From: a candidate division FCPU426 bacterium | GTDB taxonomy: Bacteria > Oederibacteriota > Muellerivitia > Muellerivitales > Muellerivitaceae | DNA length: 64,000 nucleotides | Direction: 5' to 3' | NCBI GenBank assembly: GCA_963719085.1 | Contig: CAVRAL010000001.1 | Location: 1,184,001-1,248,000 of the forward strand | In this document: piece by piece, positions 51,725-60,519 of the stretch | Position numbering within the stretch: position 1 is the first letter of the stretch | Layout: each line of letters opens with the position of its first letter | The notes under the pieces: model-generated | The model's input: the letters and a program-made list of their open reading frames with translations, nothing else | Told to the model about the DNA's origin: nothing | The model's database searches: none | Program-made: the position numbers and the translations under genes

Positions 51725-52551
51725 AAGCCCTGGCCGCCCCCTTAAACTTTCGGGAAAGCGCCGCCGGCTATCGGGCCCTGCTGAACCGGGCCTTGAAGGC
51801 CAACTTCGCCTATAAGGGCTCGACCTTGATCGGGCTTTTCACCGCGGCCTTGACCTACGCCATTACACTGTTGGTCTGGCGTCATGTTTACGCGCAAAAG
51901 GGCGGAACCCTTTCGATCTCCTCCGAGCAAATGTTCGCCTACCTGGCCCTGGCTTTTTGTCTGAACTATGCCTTGACCATCAATATTGACCAGCGGGTCG
52001 GCCAGCGCATCCGCTTGGGGCTCATCGCCACCGATCTTTTGAAACCCCTGGACTTCCAAATGTCGCAGGCCATGCAATCCTTGAGCGACTGCCTTTTTAA
52101 CGGTCTGGTCGGAGCCATGGTTTTCGCCACGGCTTACCTTTTTTTAGGAAAAAGCCTCTTTCCGCAAAGTTGGGAGTCGTTTCTTTTTTTCATCCCCAGC
52201 CTGATCCTGGCTTTTTGGATCCAATATTCGCTGGTTTTTATTTTCATTCAAGGCGCCTTCTACACTTACAGCGGCTACGGAATCTTTTCATCCCGGATCG
52301 CCTTGCACCAAACTTTTTCCGGACTTCAAGCGCCTCTCATTCTTTATCCGCCGGTTTTGCGGACCGTCGGTGATTGGCTTCCCTTCCAACACATTATTTA
52401 CACTCCGATCACGCTTTATATGGGCCGGGCCGCGGGACTGGAAGCTTGGCGGCTTTTGGGTTGGCAGGCGCTTTGGGCCGCGGGGCTTTATTTCATCGGC
52501 CAATGGGTGATGAAAAAGGCGCTCTCCCAGCTTGAAATTCAGGGGGGCTGA
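51721..52551 (+). CDS. ABC-2 family transporter permease
   Basis: IRLGLIATDLLKP, FSGLQAPL, LPF motifs; GTGA overlap with the ATPase gene. Confidence 0.87.
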   Translation: MKALAAPLNFRESAAGYRALLNRALKANFAYKGSTLIGLFTAALTYAITLLVWRHVYAQKGGTLSISSEQMFAYLALAFCLNYALTINIDQRVGQRIRLGLIATDLLKPLDFQMSQAMQSLSDCLFNGLVGAMVFATAYLFLGKSLFPQSWESFLFFIPSLILAFWIQYSLVFIFIQGAFYTYSGYGIFSSRIALHQTFSGLQAPLILYPPVLRTVGDWLPFQHIIYTPITLYMGRAAGLEAWRLLGWQALWAAGLYFIGQWVMKKALSQLEIQGG

Positions 52552-52552
52552 C

Positions 52553-53335
52553 ATGGGCGAATGGAAGGTCTATTGGATGACTTTCAAGGTCTCCCTCCAG
52601 GCCAAGCTCGAGTATAAACTCGACTTCCTCATCGGACTTGTCACGTCCACCATGCTGCAATTGGCGGCCTTGGGATTTTTATGGGTGATCTTCCATCAAA
52701 CTTCCACGCTGCAGGGCTGGAACCAGACCCAAGTGGTTTTTCTATTCGGCCTGACGGCGACAGCCTTGGGACTTTCGGAACTTTTTTTCAACCACATTTG
52801 GATGGTGCCTTACTACATCGTGGTGGGAGACTTGGACCGGTTACTGGTCTATCCGGTTCGATCGCTTCCTTTTCTGCTCATCTCGCGCCCCGAACTTCAT
52901 TCCTTCGGCAACATGGCCACCGGACTTGTCTTGACCTTCGGCGCGCTTTGGAAATTGCATTTACCTTGGATGGATTGGGTCCTGGTGCCCCTTTGGGCCT
53001 TCAGTGGATGTCTCATCTATACATCCGCCTTGGTCGTCTTTTCGAGCCTGTCGTTCCGGTTCGTCGGGCCCTTCAGCTACAGTCTGATGATCCCCCACAC
53101 TTTGCTTCAGGCCAGCCGTTACCCCCTAAGCATTTATCCCGCGTGGGTGCATTACAGCCTGTTGGTCTTGGTTCCCTTCGGCGCCTTTAATTACCTGCCG
53201 GGCAATTGGGTTTTCGGAAATATCCCCTCACCCCTGGGCGCCTTAGCCGCTCCGGTAGCCGCGCTGATTTCGATGGCGGCCGCCCAATGGTTTTGGAACA
53301 AAGGCCTGGAGCAATATCAAAGCACGGGTTCCTAA
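52553..53335 (+). CDS. ABC-2 family transporter permease
   Basis: GDLDRLLVYP, RYPLSIYP; start moved to 52553. Confidence 0.87.
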   Translation: MGEWKVYWMTFKVSLQAKLEYKLDFLIGLVTSTMLQLAALGFLWVIFHQTSTLQGWNQTQVVFLFGLTATALGLSELFFNHIWMVPYYIVVGDLDRLLVYPVRSLPFLLISRPELHSFGNMATGLVLTFGALWKLHLPWMDWVLVPLWAFSGCLIYTSALVVFSSLSFRFVGPFSYSLMIPHTLLQASRYPLSIYPAWVHYSLLVLVPFGAFNYLPGNWVFGNIPSPLGALAAPVAALISMAAAQWFWNKGLEQYQSTGS

Positions 53336-53360
53336 AACAGGGTCTTAAAGAAAAAGAAAT

Positions 53361-53521
53361 TTTCACAATGATGAGCGCGGATAAACGGCGATAAATCCAA
53401 CTTTTGATTCATCTTTCCAATCAGCGTTCGCGCCGCTCTTCCATATCGTAGTCAGGGGAGAGCGGCATTGTCCCATGCGTCTTTAACTTGCATATGGAAT
53501 CCCGGGACATCATCGCTAATT
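53361..53521. repeat. Intergenic palindrome, 10-mer-unit family, copy 7, right arm interrupted
   Basis: TTTCACAATGATGAGCGCGGATAAAC ... ATCAGCGTTC [79 bp] ATCATCGCTAAT. Confidence 0.8.
53430..53508. mobile_element. 79-bp twin-hairpin insert, copy B (mobility inferred)
   Basis: Same length and position in the host palindrome as 48865-48943. Confidence 0.6.
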
Positions 53522-53577
53522 GCTTTTGTCGTTTGAACCCTACACAAAAATCCGTCTATGTGAATAAATTTGGTTTT

Positions 53578-54336
53578 TTACGAAGCGGGCTGAATCACCA
53601 AACGGTCCGACATGGTCTTGCCCCCGGCCTTGAGGACCACCGAATAGATTCCGGGGGGAACCGGACGGCCCGATTCGTCCATTCCATCCCAATCAATCTC
53701 ATGAATCCCCTTCTGCCACTCCCCCTCATAAAGACGGCGGATCGGAGTTCCGTCCGCGCCCGCCACCGAGAGCGTCACGGATTGTTTTTGCTCGGATTCA
53801 ATCGAGAGATAAATCCGGTCACCTTCCTGAAAAACCAATTCTTTACCCGCCGCCGAAAGACTAGGAGAGACGCCGATGGCGTCCTCCCGGACCGCGGGCG
53901 TCAAGAGGGCCCGCACCATGACTTGCCGAATCGGGGCGCTCAAGGGCTTTGGTTCCGGACGGAAATTCTCGCGCGAAACCTTCACGCGAGCCGGCTTGTG
54001 TCGCAAGGTTTGTTTCGCCCAATCCCCCAAAAGAAAAAGAAACCCTAAAGCCGCCAATCCCATCAATCCCAAACCAATCCAAGGCCGAAATTTGAATAGT
54101 ATGGATTTCCAGGAAACCCCGGATCGTGCGGCGCCCGGCTTAGGCTCGGGTGCGGTTAAACCCTTTTGCGCGGGCGGCTCGTCCCGTATATGGCGGAAAG
54201 CTTTTTGGACCGCCTCAGTCACTTCATTTGAAAAAGAGGGATCTTTACGGGTCAGGCGCTCGAATTCCCGGCGGGCTTCGGGACTGAGACTGCCTTCAAG
54301 GTAGAGTTGAATCAAAGTTTCTCGGGGCCAAGGCAT
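53578..54336 (-). CDS. Anti-sigma-like membrane protein with C-terminal FlgD-Ig-like domain
   Basis: N-terminal YLEGSLSPEARREFE, one TM, C-terminal IRRL...WDGMDESGRPVPPGIY. Confidence 0.7.
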   Translation of the reverse strand: MPWPRETLIQLYLEGSLSPEARREFERLTRKDPSFSNEVTEAVQKAFRHIRDEPPAQKGLTAPEPKPGAARSGVSWKSILFKFRPWIGLGLMGLAALGFLFLLGDWAKQTLRHKPARVKVSRENFRPEPKPLSAPIRQVMVRALLTPAVREDAIGVSPSLSAAGKELVFQEGDRIYLSIESEQKQSVTLSVAGADGTPIRRLYEGEWQKGIHEIDWDGMDESGRPVPPGIYSVVLKAGGKTMSDRLVIQPAS

Positions 54337-54376
54337 GGAATTATTATAGTGGGATTTTCCGCCGCCCCAAACTCCG

Positions 54377-54398
54377 AAAACGCCCAGGGGCGTTTTTT
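54377..54398. terminator. Intrinsic terminator after flgE
   Basis: AAAACGCCC-AG-GGGCGTTTT hairpin at the stop codon. Confidence 0.6.
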
Positions 54399-56266
54399 TA
54401 AGCGGCTGAAATTTGTCCCAAGGCGGCCAAAGTTTGAAGCGTGCTATTAATCGTGCTCACCATGCGGGCATTGGCCTCAAAACTGCGCTGGGCCAGGATC
54501 ATGTTGGATAATTCCACGGTCAAGTCCACATTGGAGTTTTCCAAAGCGCCACCCAGGATGGTCCCCAGCCCTTCTTTGCCGGCCACCGTCTCTTCCATCG
54601 TGCCCGAACTCGACGAAGGGGTGAAATAACCGTTGCCCACTTGTTCCAACCCTTCCGGATTATTCACGGTGGCCATGGCTAGTTGGGCCAGCGCCTTAAT
54701 CTGGCCGTTGGTGAAAGTTCCCTGGATGGTCCCGGTTTTGTCCACCGCCAGGCTTTCCAAAGTTCCGTCGGCGTATCCGTTTTGGGAGACCGCGTGCGCG
54801 GTAAATTGCGGGACGTAGGTATTGATTCCATTGACATTTTGATAGCCGCCTTCGGCGTCGCTGATAAGGCCATCCCGTCTTCCCAAACCCAGTATTCCAA
54901 AGGTCCCGAAATTAAGCTTTACCGCCAATACCTCAGCGCCCTGGGTCGGCAAGGGAGAGACCGGGGGAAATTGGTTTAAAACCGGAAGATAAAGCGTGGG
55001 CATGTCCATAAAGTTTCCATTGGGAAGCCCCGGCGGCGACGGCGGCCCCACGATACCCCCGCTGGAAGCCAGCGATCCATCGGTGTTGAACCAAATAAAA
55101 TCCCCGGCCGCTTGCTCTCCCGGAACCCCCTTGTCATATCCGGTGACCCCGCCCATGACGCCCTCCCAAATGCCGGTTCCACCGATTAAATTCGCGGTCG
55201 AGACCGGTTTGCCTCCGGTCGTATCAAAAGCGTACCAGGCGTAACAAGCCTGGCTGGGCCCCTGCGGGGCGTTTTGAGTCAGGCTGTTGACTTGATAAAA
55301 CTGAACCGTGATCTGGTAAGGATTCCCCAAAGAGTCATAAACCGTTTCCTCGGTCTGGGTGGCCGGGGGAACCGGCGGCTGTTGTTCCCAAGCGTAGTTC
55401 CCCGCGTTGGCCTGGACGTCGGCCAAATCAATGATCCCGTTATCCAAGGGAACCGGAGTGTTCGTGCCGGGAGCGGGCAGGGATAGGTTCGCCACTTGGG
55501 ACAGCGCGAAACCCCCGCCCGCCACCGGCTGGGTGGTCATCCGCGTGGTATCGATTCCATTGGGCGGGGGAATCTGGGCCAGCATCAAACCCACCGGCAA
55601 GGTAAATCCAGCCGGCGGGTCCAAATTAAAAACATTGGCTTGCTGGAACGAATCCAGGTTGCCTTGGAAATTTACCTGGGTCGTGGCCTTCGGGGGGATT
55701 GTCATCGAGGGATTGATGTTGATGTTGGTGATATCGGCCGGATTGGTATCATTCAAGGTCAAATCGGCGTTGGTGATGACCGCCGGTTGTCCCGGCACGT
55801 TGGAAAAACTGTTGATGACCGTTTTACTGTATTGAAGCGTCGCGTTGAATCCCTGGATTAATCCTCCGTTGTTGTCCACCAGGTTCCCTTCACTGTCGAG
55901 CGAAAGGTCCCCGTCCCGGGTCAAAAAGGTTTGGTCTCCCTGCTTGGCCACCAGAAATCCGTTTCCCTGGATGGCCACATCCAAATCCCGGCCGGTGGTT
56001 AGGATATTGCCTTGGCTGAACAAACTATCGATCTGGGCCAATCCGGAACCCAATCCGATTTGCTGGGGATTAGTCCCTCCCAATCCATCGGAAGGATTGT
56101 CGGCCGCGCCGGAAGAGATCGCTTGACCGAAGGAATTCAAAAACTCCGCGCGGCTGGTTTTATAGCCAATCGTGCTGACATTGGAAATATTATTTCCAAT
56201 CACGTCCAGCCAAGTGCTGTCGTTGCGCAAACCGGAAATCGCGCTATAAAGACCCTCAAGACCCAT
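54398..56266 (-). CDS. flgE: Flagellar hook protein FlgE-like
   Basis: DVIGNNISNVSTIGYK, GGTNPQQIGLG, DVAIQGNGF, YDSLG, GALENSNVDL...MILAQRSFEANAR. Confidence 0.88.
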   Translation of the reverse strand: MGLEGLYSAISGLRNDSTWLDVIGNNISNVSTIGYKTSRAEFLNSFGQAISSGAADNPSDGLGGTNPQQIGLGSGLAQIDSLFSQGNILTTGRDLDVAIQGNGFLVAKQGDQTFLTRDGDLSLDSEGNLVDNNGGLIQGFNATLQYSKTVINSFSNVPGQPAVITNADLTLNDTNPADITNININPSMTIPPKATTQVNFQGNLDSFQQANVFNLDPPAGFTLPVGLMLAQIPPPNGIDTTRMTTQPVAGGGFALSQVANLSLPAPGTNTPVPLDNGIIDLADVQANAGNYAWEQQPPVPPATQTEETVYDSLGNPYQITVQFYQVNSLTQNAPQGPSQACYAWYAFDTTGGKPVSTANLIGGTGIWEGVMGGVTGYDKGVPGEQAAGDFIWFNTDGSLASSGGIVGPPSPPGLPNGNFMDMPTLYLPVLNQFPPVSPLPTQGAEVLAVKLNFGTFGILGLGRRDGLISDAEGGYQNVNGINTYVPQFTAHAVSQNGYADGTLESLAVDKTGTIQGTFTNGQIKALAQLAMATVNNPEGLEQVGNGYFTPSSSSGTMEETVAGKEGLGTILGGALENSNVDLTVELSNMILAQRSFEANARMVSTINSTLQTLAALGQISAA

Positions 56267-56573
56267 GCTTCTTTTCCTAAGGCCAAAGTAATGGATAAAG
56301 TCCTAACTCCTAACGGCTTTCCGGGAGAAAACCATAGGCGTTTCGCCACAATTTATGGGCTTTTGTATCTTTTAGGTAAAATGGGGATAAATTGAAAAAG
56401 GCCCTAAACAAAGGGCTTTGGTTAATTTGAAAGGTGACTTATTTGTGGAAAGAGCGCCCGAAGGATTCCCGCGGGATTTTCCAGGATTAAAGCGGGAGTG
56501 GCGCTAAATAAAAAGCCCCGAAACCGGAAGATTTCGAGGCGGATTTAAGCTTGGCACAAATCAAAACCAGGAT

Positions 56574-57059
56574 TTAAACCGAACTCGCCTTTACTTTATT
56601 TCGGTATTCGGGGCCGACTTGAACCACCCCTTTGCAATTGGCCGCCCCGCACATGCATTTAAACTCATAGCTCCAGTTCCCCACGTCATCGGTTTCTTTA
56701 TAGTTCCAACTCACTTCCTCTTCTTGGGGAATGTCCCGGATCGCCTTGAGCACAATGCCGTTTACGACCTTCGCGCTCGGATCGCAGGAATGATTGATGA
56801 AGCAAAGCGGGTCGCAGCCATTTTCATAGTCATGCAGCATGATAAAACCCGGATAAATATACATGGCGTGATCCACATTTAACTTATCGGCGGGAACCGT
56901 GCGGATCAACTCGTCCAGCTTCGCCTCCGGGATCACGATTCCGCCGAACACACCGATGACATCCCCGGCTTTGATCGGCTTCACGGCGTATACGCCTTTG
57001 CCTTCCATCCCGCTTTTTCTGACTTCCACGCTATCGCTGACCCAGGGTTGTATCTTCAT
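56574..57059 (-). CDS. SET domain protein-lysine methyltransferase-like
   Basis: GKGVYA, FINHSCDP, EEVSWNY, post-SET CMCGAANCKG. Confidence 0.92.
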   Translation of the reverse strand: MKIQPWVSDSVEVRKSGMEGKGVYAVKPIKAGDVIGVFGGIVIPEAKLDELIRTVPADKLNVDHAMYIYPGFIMLHDYENGCDPLCFINHSCDPSAKVVNGIVLKAIRDIPQEEEVSWNYKETDDVGNWSYEFKCMCGAANCKGVVQVGPEYRNKVKASSV

Positions 57060-57301
57060 GGCTTTAAGTGAACCGTCCTTCGAAATGAGTGACCAGAGGG
57101 CCGGCCTTCAGGGCTCTTCCCTTAACTGGAATGGGAAAGATTCTATCCAAAAGCTTTTCGGAATAAAGCGATTCTTGAGGATTTTTAGGGCCCTTTTAAA
57201 GGCGATTTAGGCTTTCGGGCCGTAAGCGGAATAAAGAGTTTCCACCTAGCCCCTCCTTTGCTAGTCTTCCTCGTCGCCCTTATTTCGATCAAGGACCCCT
57301 C

Positions 57302-57913
57302 ATGCACCTCCCCGGACTTTTTCAATCCATCGATTGGAACCTTTTCGTTTCCACTTTTTTCATCATCGGCCTGGCGGAGCTGCCGGACAAAACCGCCCTG
57401 GCCACGGTCTTGATGGCCAGCCGCCATCATCCCGCCGCCGTGTTCCTGGGTGTGGCCGGCGCTTTTCTGGTGCAAACCCTGGTGGCGGTGCTTTTTGGGA
57501 ATGTTTTGAATTTGCTTCCCCACTGGATCGTCCAATTGCTGGCGGCATTGATGTTCCTGGGATTCGCGGCGGTCAGTTGGATTCAATCCACCAAGCCCGA
57601 GGAAAAATTGAGGGGCGCTTCCGCCACGAAGGCCCAGTCCTTTTACAAAACAATCGCCTCGGCTTTTTTGGTGATCTTCATCGCGGAATGGGGCGACCTC
57701 ACCCAATTGGCCACCTGCGCGCTGGTCGCCAAAACCCACCAGACCCTCACCATTTTCCTGGCGGCGGTCTCCGGGCTTTGGGCCGCGACAGCGTTGACCG
57801 TGTGGCTCGGCCTGCGGGCGAAAAACTTTATTAAGCCCAAGCCTTTGCAGCGCGCCGCCGCCGCGGTCTTCGCCCTCGTCGGGCTTTATATGTTATGGCG
57901 CTTAAAAACCTAA
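57302..57913 (+). CDS. TMEM165/GDT1 (UPF0016) cation transporter
   Basis: Duplicated motifs AELPDKT and AEWGDLTQ. Confidence 0.92.
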   Translation: MHLPGLFQSIDWNLFVSTFFIIGLAELPDKTALATVLMASRHHPAAVFLGVAGAFLVQTLVAVLFGNVLNLLPHWIVQLLAALMFLGFAAVSWIQSTKPEEKLRGASATKAQSFYKTIASAFLVIFIAEWGDLTQLATCALVAKTHQTLTIFLAAVSGLWAATALTVWLGLRAKNFIKPKPLQRAAAAVFALVGLYMLWRLKT

Positions 57914-57929
57914 GGCCCGGCCTTGTAAA

Positions 57930-58394
57930 TTAGAGGTGACAGGAGCCCAATCCCCGCTTGGCCAAGTATTGCTGATGATAATCCTCCGCCTTCCAAAAGG
58001 TCTCGGCGGGCACCACCTGAGTGACAATCGGATTGCGGAAATTTTTCTGGGCTTTTTCTTTGGAAGCCTTGGCGATTTTTTCCTGTTCGGCCGAGTGAAA
58101 AAAAACCGCCGAACGGTATTGGGAACCCACGTCCGGCCCCTGCCGGTTGAGCGTGGTGGGATTATGCGATTTCCAAAAAAGATCCAGCAACTGATCATAA
58201 GAAACCAGTTGGGGATCATAGGTCACTTCCACTACTTCGGCGTGACCCGTCTCGTCGGTGCAAACATCCTTATAAGTGGGGCGATCTTTAACTCCACCCT
58301 CGTAACCCACCGCCGTGGAAGCGACGCCTTTTAATTGACGGAAAGCTTCTTCCACGCCCCAAAAACATCCCGCTCCAAAAGTCGCTTTTTCCAT
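57930..58394 (-). CDS. msrA: Peptide-methionine (S)-S-oxide reductase
   Basis: [27 protein letters not shown]. Confidence 0.97.
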   Translation of the reverse strand: MEKATFGAGCFWGVEEAFRQLKGVASTAVGYEGGVKDRPTYKDVCTDETGHAEVVEVTYDPQLVSYDQLLDLFWKSHNPTTLNRQGPDVGSQYRSAVFFHSAEQEKIAKASKEKAQKNFRNPIVTQVVPAETFWKAEDYHQQYLAKRGLGSCHL

Positions 58395-58565
58395 GGCATC
58401 CTCCCTAAAATTTCATCCGCCCTCACATTACCGCTTCCTATTTAAAAAGGTTACCCCCTCACCGGCCGGAATTTCACGAAAGAGGGGAAGACGAAAAATA
58501 AAAGGAGCGGTATAATCCTAAAGATTTAATCGGTTAAACCCATTCAAAGCCGGAACCAAACCTTG

Positions 58566-60185
58566 ATGCGTTCATCCCTATCCAAAGCCTTCACCCTCAG
58601 CCTTTGTGTCACGGGTTTATCCATCACCTTCTCATTTCCTTCAAACCTTTTGGCCCAATGCACGCCCACCTCGGCCGTCATCTGCGCCAATGGCGACGAC
58701 TTAATGTCGGTGTGGATCAATAATTATGGACCCATCAATTTTACTTTTTGCTACTACACGAATAATTGCGTTCCCCAATGTTTCAGCCTTCCGGTTTCGA
58801 TTTTAAGCCAAACCAACAACTTCGTCGCGGCCCAGATCACCAATAACGCTCCCACCCAAAGTTACGGCACCTATCTGCTGGATGTTTCCTGTTCCGGCGG
58901 AAACCACGCTTATGTCACCAACGCGGACGGCAACACCACCCTTTTTTACGACCCCACGGGAACCAACCCACCCCCGAACGACGGCGGAGGCCTGGCCTGG
59001 ACCGACCCGGCTTATTCCTACGGCGTCACTTGGGGGCCCGCCGCCGCGGTGACCACTTTCGTACAGGGAAAATTATTAGTCGACCCCCTGACCGGCACTT
59101 ATATCCCCCCGACGGCGCAGAACGCGCAAGCCTACGCGCCGCTGGGCACCGAGGTCGCTTATCTACGGCAATCTTTTCCCATTACGGTGGTTCATCCGCC
59201 CCCGGCGGATCCGATTTTCACCGTTTCCCAAACCATCCTGGGCCTGAGTTCGGGCGTCAGCACCCAACCCATCACTTACGTGGATACGATCTGCGATACC
59301 GGCGGCTTCACCGCCGACGCGGTGACCCTCACCGATATTTTGGACTCCGACTTAAGTTACGCCGGGCCCTATGGACCCTTCAACGGAATTAATTTCACCG
59401 GATCCGGACCCAACGCTCAATTCGATTTTCCGGCCACCCTTTGGTCCAACGGCGAATGCCAGTCGGTGACCTTTTACGGCGTTAATTATAGTTTTAACTC
59501 GGCGCAAAATTGCCATGTGGCCGGCAATGCCGGGTCCGTCACTTACACCGTGAACGCCGGTGTCACGGCCGGCGCCTTTACGGGTGTTCCCGCCACCTTT
59601 TATTGTCCTGGAACCCCGACCTCCACTTTCACCCCGGCCCCCACGTCAACCGCGACGTCCACCCGCACCCCCACTCCCACCCAAACGCCTCAGTTCACGC
59701 CGACCTGGACCTTGTCCCCCACCATTACCCTGACGCCGACCATTACTCTTTCCGCGACCTTCACCCAAACACCCACCCAAACCCGGACGCCGACCCAAAC
59801 CTTTACCTTTACGCCCACCCCTACCATCACCGCGACCCCCACGATCACGAACACCCCGACCATTACCCTGACCCCGACCATCACGGACACCCCGGGTCCC
59901 ATTACTTTTTATATTTCAAAAAACGTGATCACTTCCAGCTCGGATCCGGTTTCAATTTATGTCAGCTACCAAGTGCCGGGCGTTTACGGCCTGAAAATTT
60001 ACAACTCAGCCGGCGAGTTCATTGACGACCTGACAAACTCAGGCACCAACCCCACCGGGCTCTCCCATACTTTTTCCTGGGACGGGTCCAATTACCTCAA
60101 GCAAAAATGCGCCAGCGGCATTTACATCATTTATTACTTGCAACCGCAAAAGGTGAGCGAAGCGAAGATCCTTTTATTACGGTGA
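58566..60185 (+). CDS. Secreted Cys-rich protein with Thr/Pro linker and FlgD-Ig-like C-terminal domain
   Basis: Signal peptide, lectin-like GDD region, DUF11-like segment (VTLTDIL), TPT repeats, KIYNSAGE...WDG...ASGIY...KILLLR. Confidence 0.85.
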   Translation: MRSSLSKAFTLSLCVTGLSITFSFPSNLLAQCTPTSAVICANGDDLMSVWINNYGPINFTFCYYTNNCVPQCFSLPVSILSQTNNFVAAQITNNAPTQSYGTYLLDVSCSGGNHAYVTNADGNTTLFYDPTGTNPPPNDGGGLAWTDPAYSYGVTWGPAAAVTTFVQGKLLVDPLTGTYIPPTAQNAQAYAPLGTEVAYLRQSFPITVVHPPPADPIFTVSQTILGLSSGVSTQPITYVDTICDTGGFTADAVTLTDILDSDLSYAGPYGPFNGINFTGSGPNAQFDFPATLWSNGECQSVTFYGVNYSFNSAQNCHVAGNAGSVTYTVNAGVTAGAFTGVPATFYCPGTPTSTFTPAPTSTATSTRTPTPTQTPQFTPTWTLSPTITLTPTITLSATFTQTPTQTRTPTQTFTFTPTPTITATPTITNTPTITLTPTITDTPGPITFYISKNVITSSSDPVSIYVSYQVPGVYGLKIYNSAGEFIDDLTNSGTNPTGLSHTFSWDGSNYLKQKCASGIYIIYYLQPQKVSEAKILLLR

Positions 60186-60360
60186 CCCGAACTGGACAGT
60201 TTGGGCGCTTGTCCGAGACGGCAAAGAAGTCAGACTTATTACAAAAAAGTTCAAAAATTGAACAAACGCCGACCTCAGGCCAATTGAAGCGGTTAACTTG
60301 TTTTATTCCAAAATTAAGCTCAGGCCATCATATTAACGATAAATAGATATCGCCCTTTAA

Positions 60361-60376
60361 AGGCACGGAAATTGCC
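60361..60376 (+). promoter_or_regulatory. Possible sigma54 promoter
   Basis: AGGCACGGAAATTGCC (GG-N10-GC spacing). Confidence 0.5.
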
Positions 60377-60519
60377 CTAAAATACCTATAAACCTACTCG
60401 AACACCCACTTAAAGCCCGTAATAAAGTACGGAAAATTAATCACTTTTATGGTCTTTGGGCCGTTTGCTTGATAACGTTTCAAGTTGTTTCATCACTCAG
60501 GAGCCCTCGATTGAATTCG

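Noticed and set aside
53578..56266. Adjacent FlgD-Ig protein and flgE as a normal flgDE operon
   Set aside because: Order is reversed, a terminator and separate promoter intervene, and the protein has a TM and lacks the FlgD N-terminus
57060..57140. SET gene leader faintly resembling SAM-I or glycine riboswitch fragments
   Set aside because: Core elements (P1 AUC/GAU and GCAACC; GGAGA and CUCAGG) are missing
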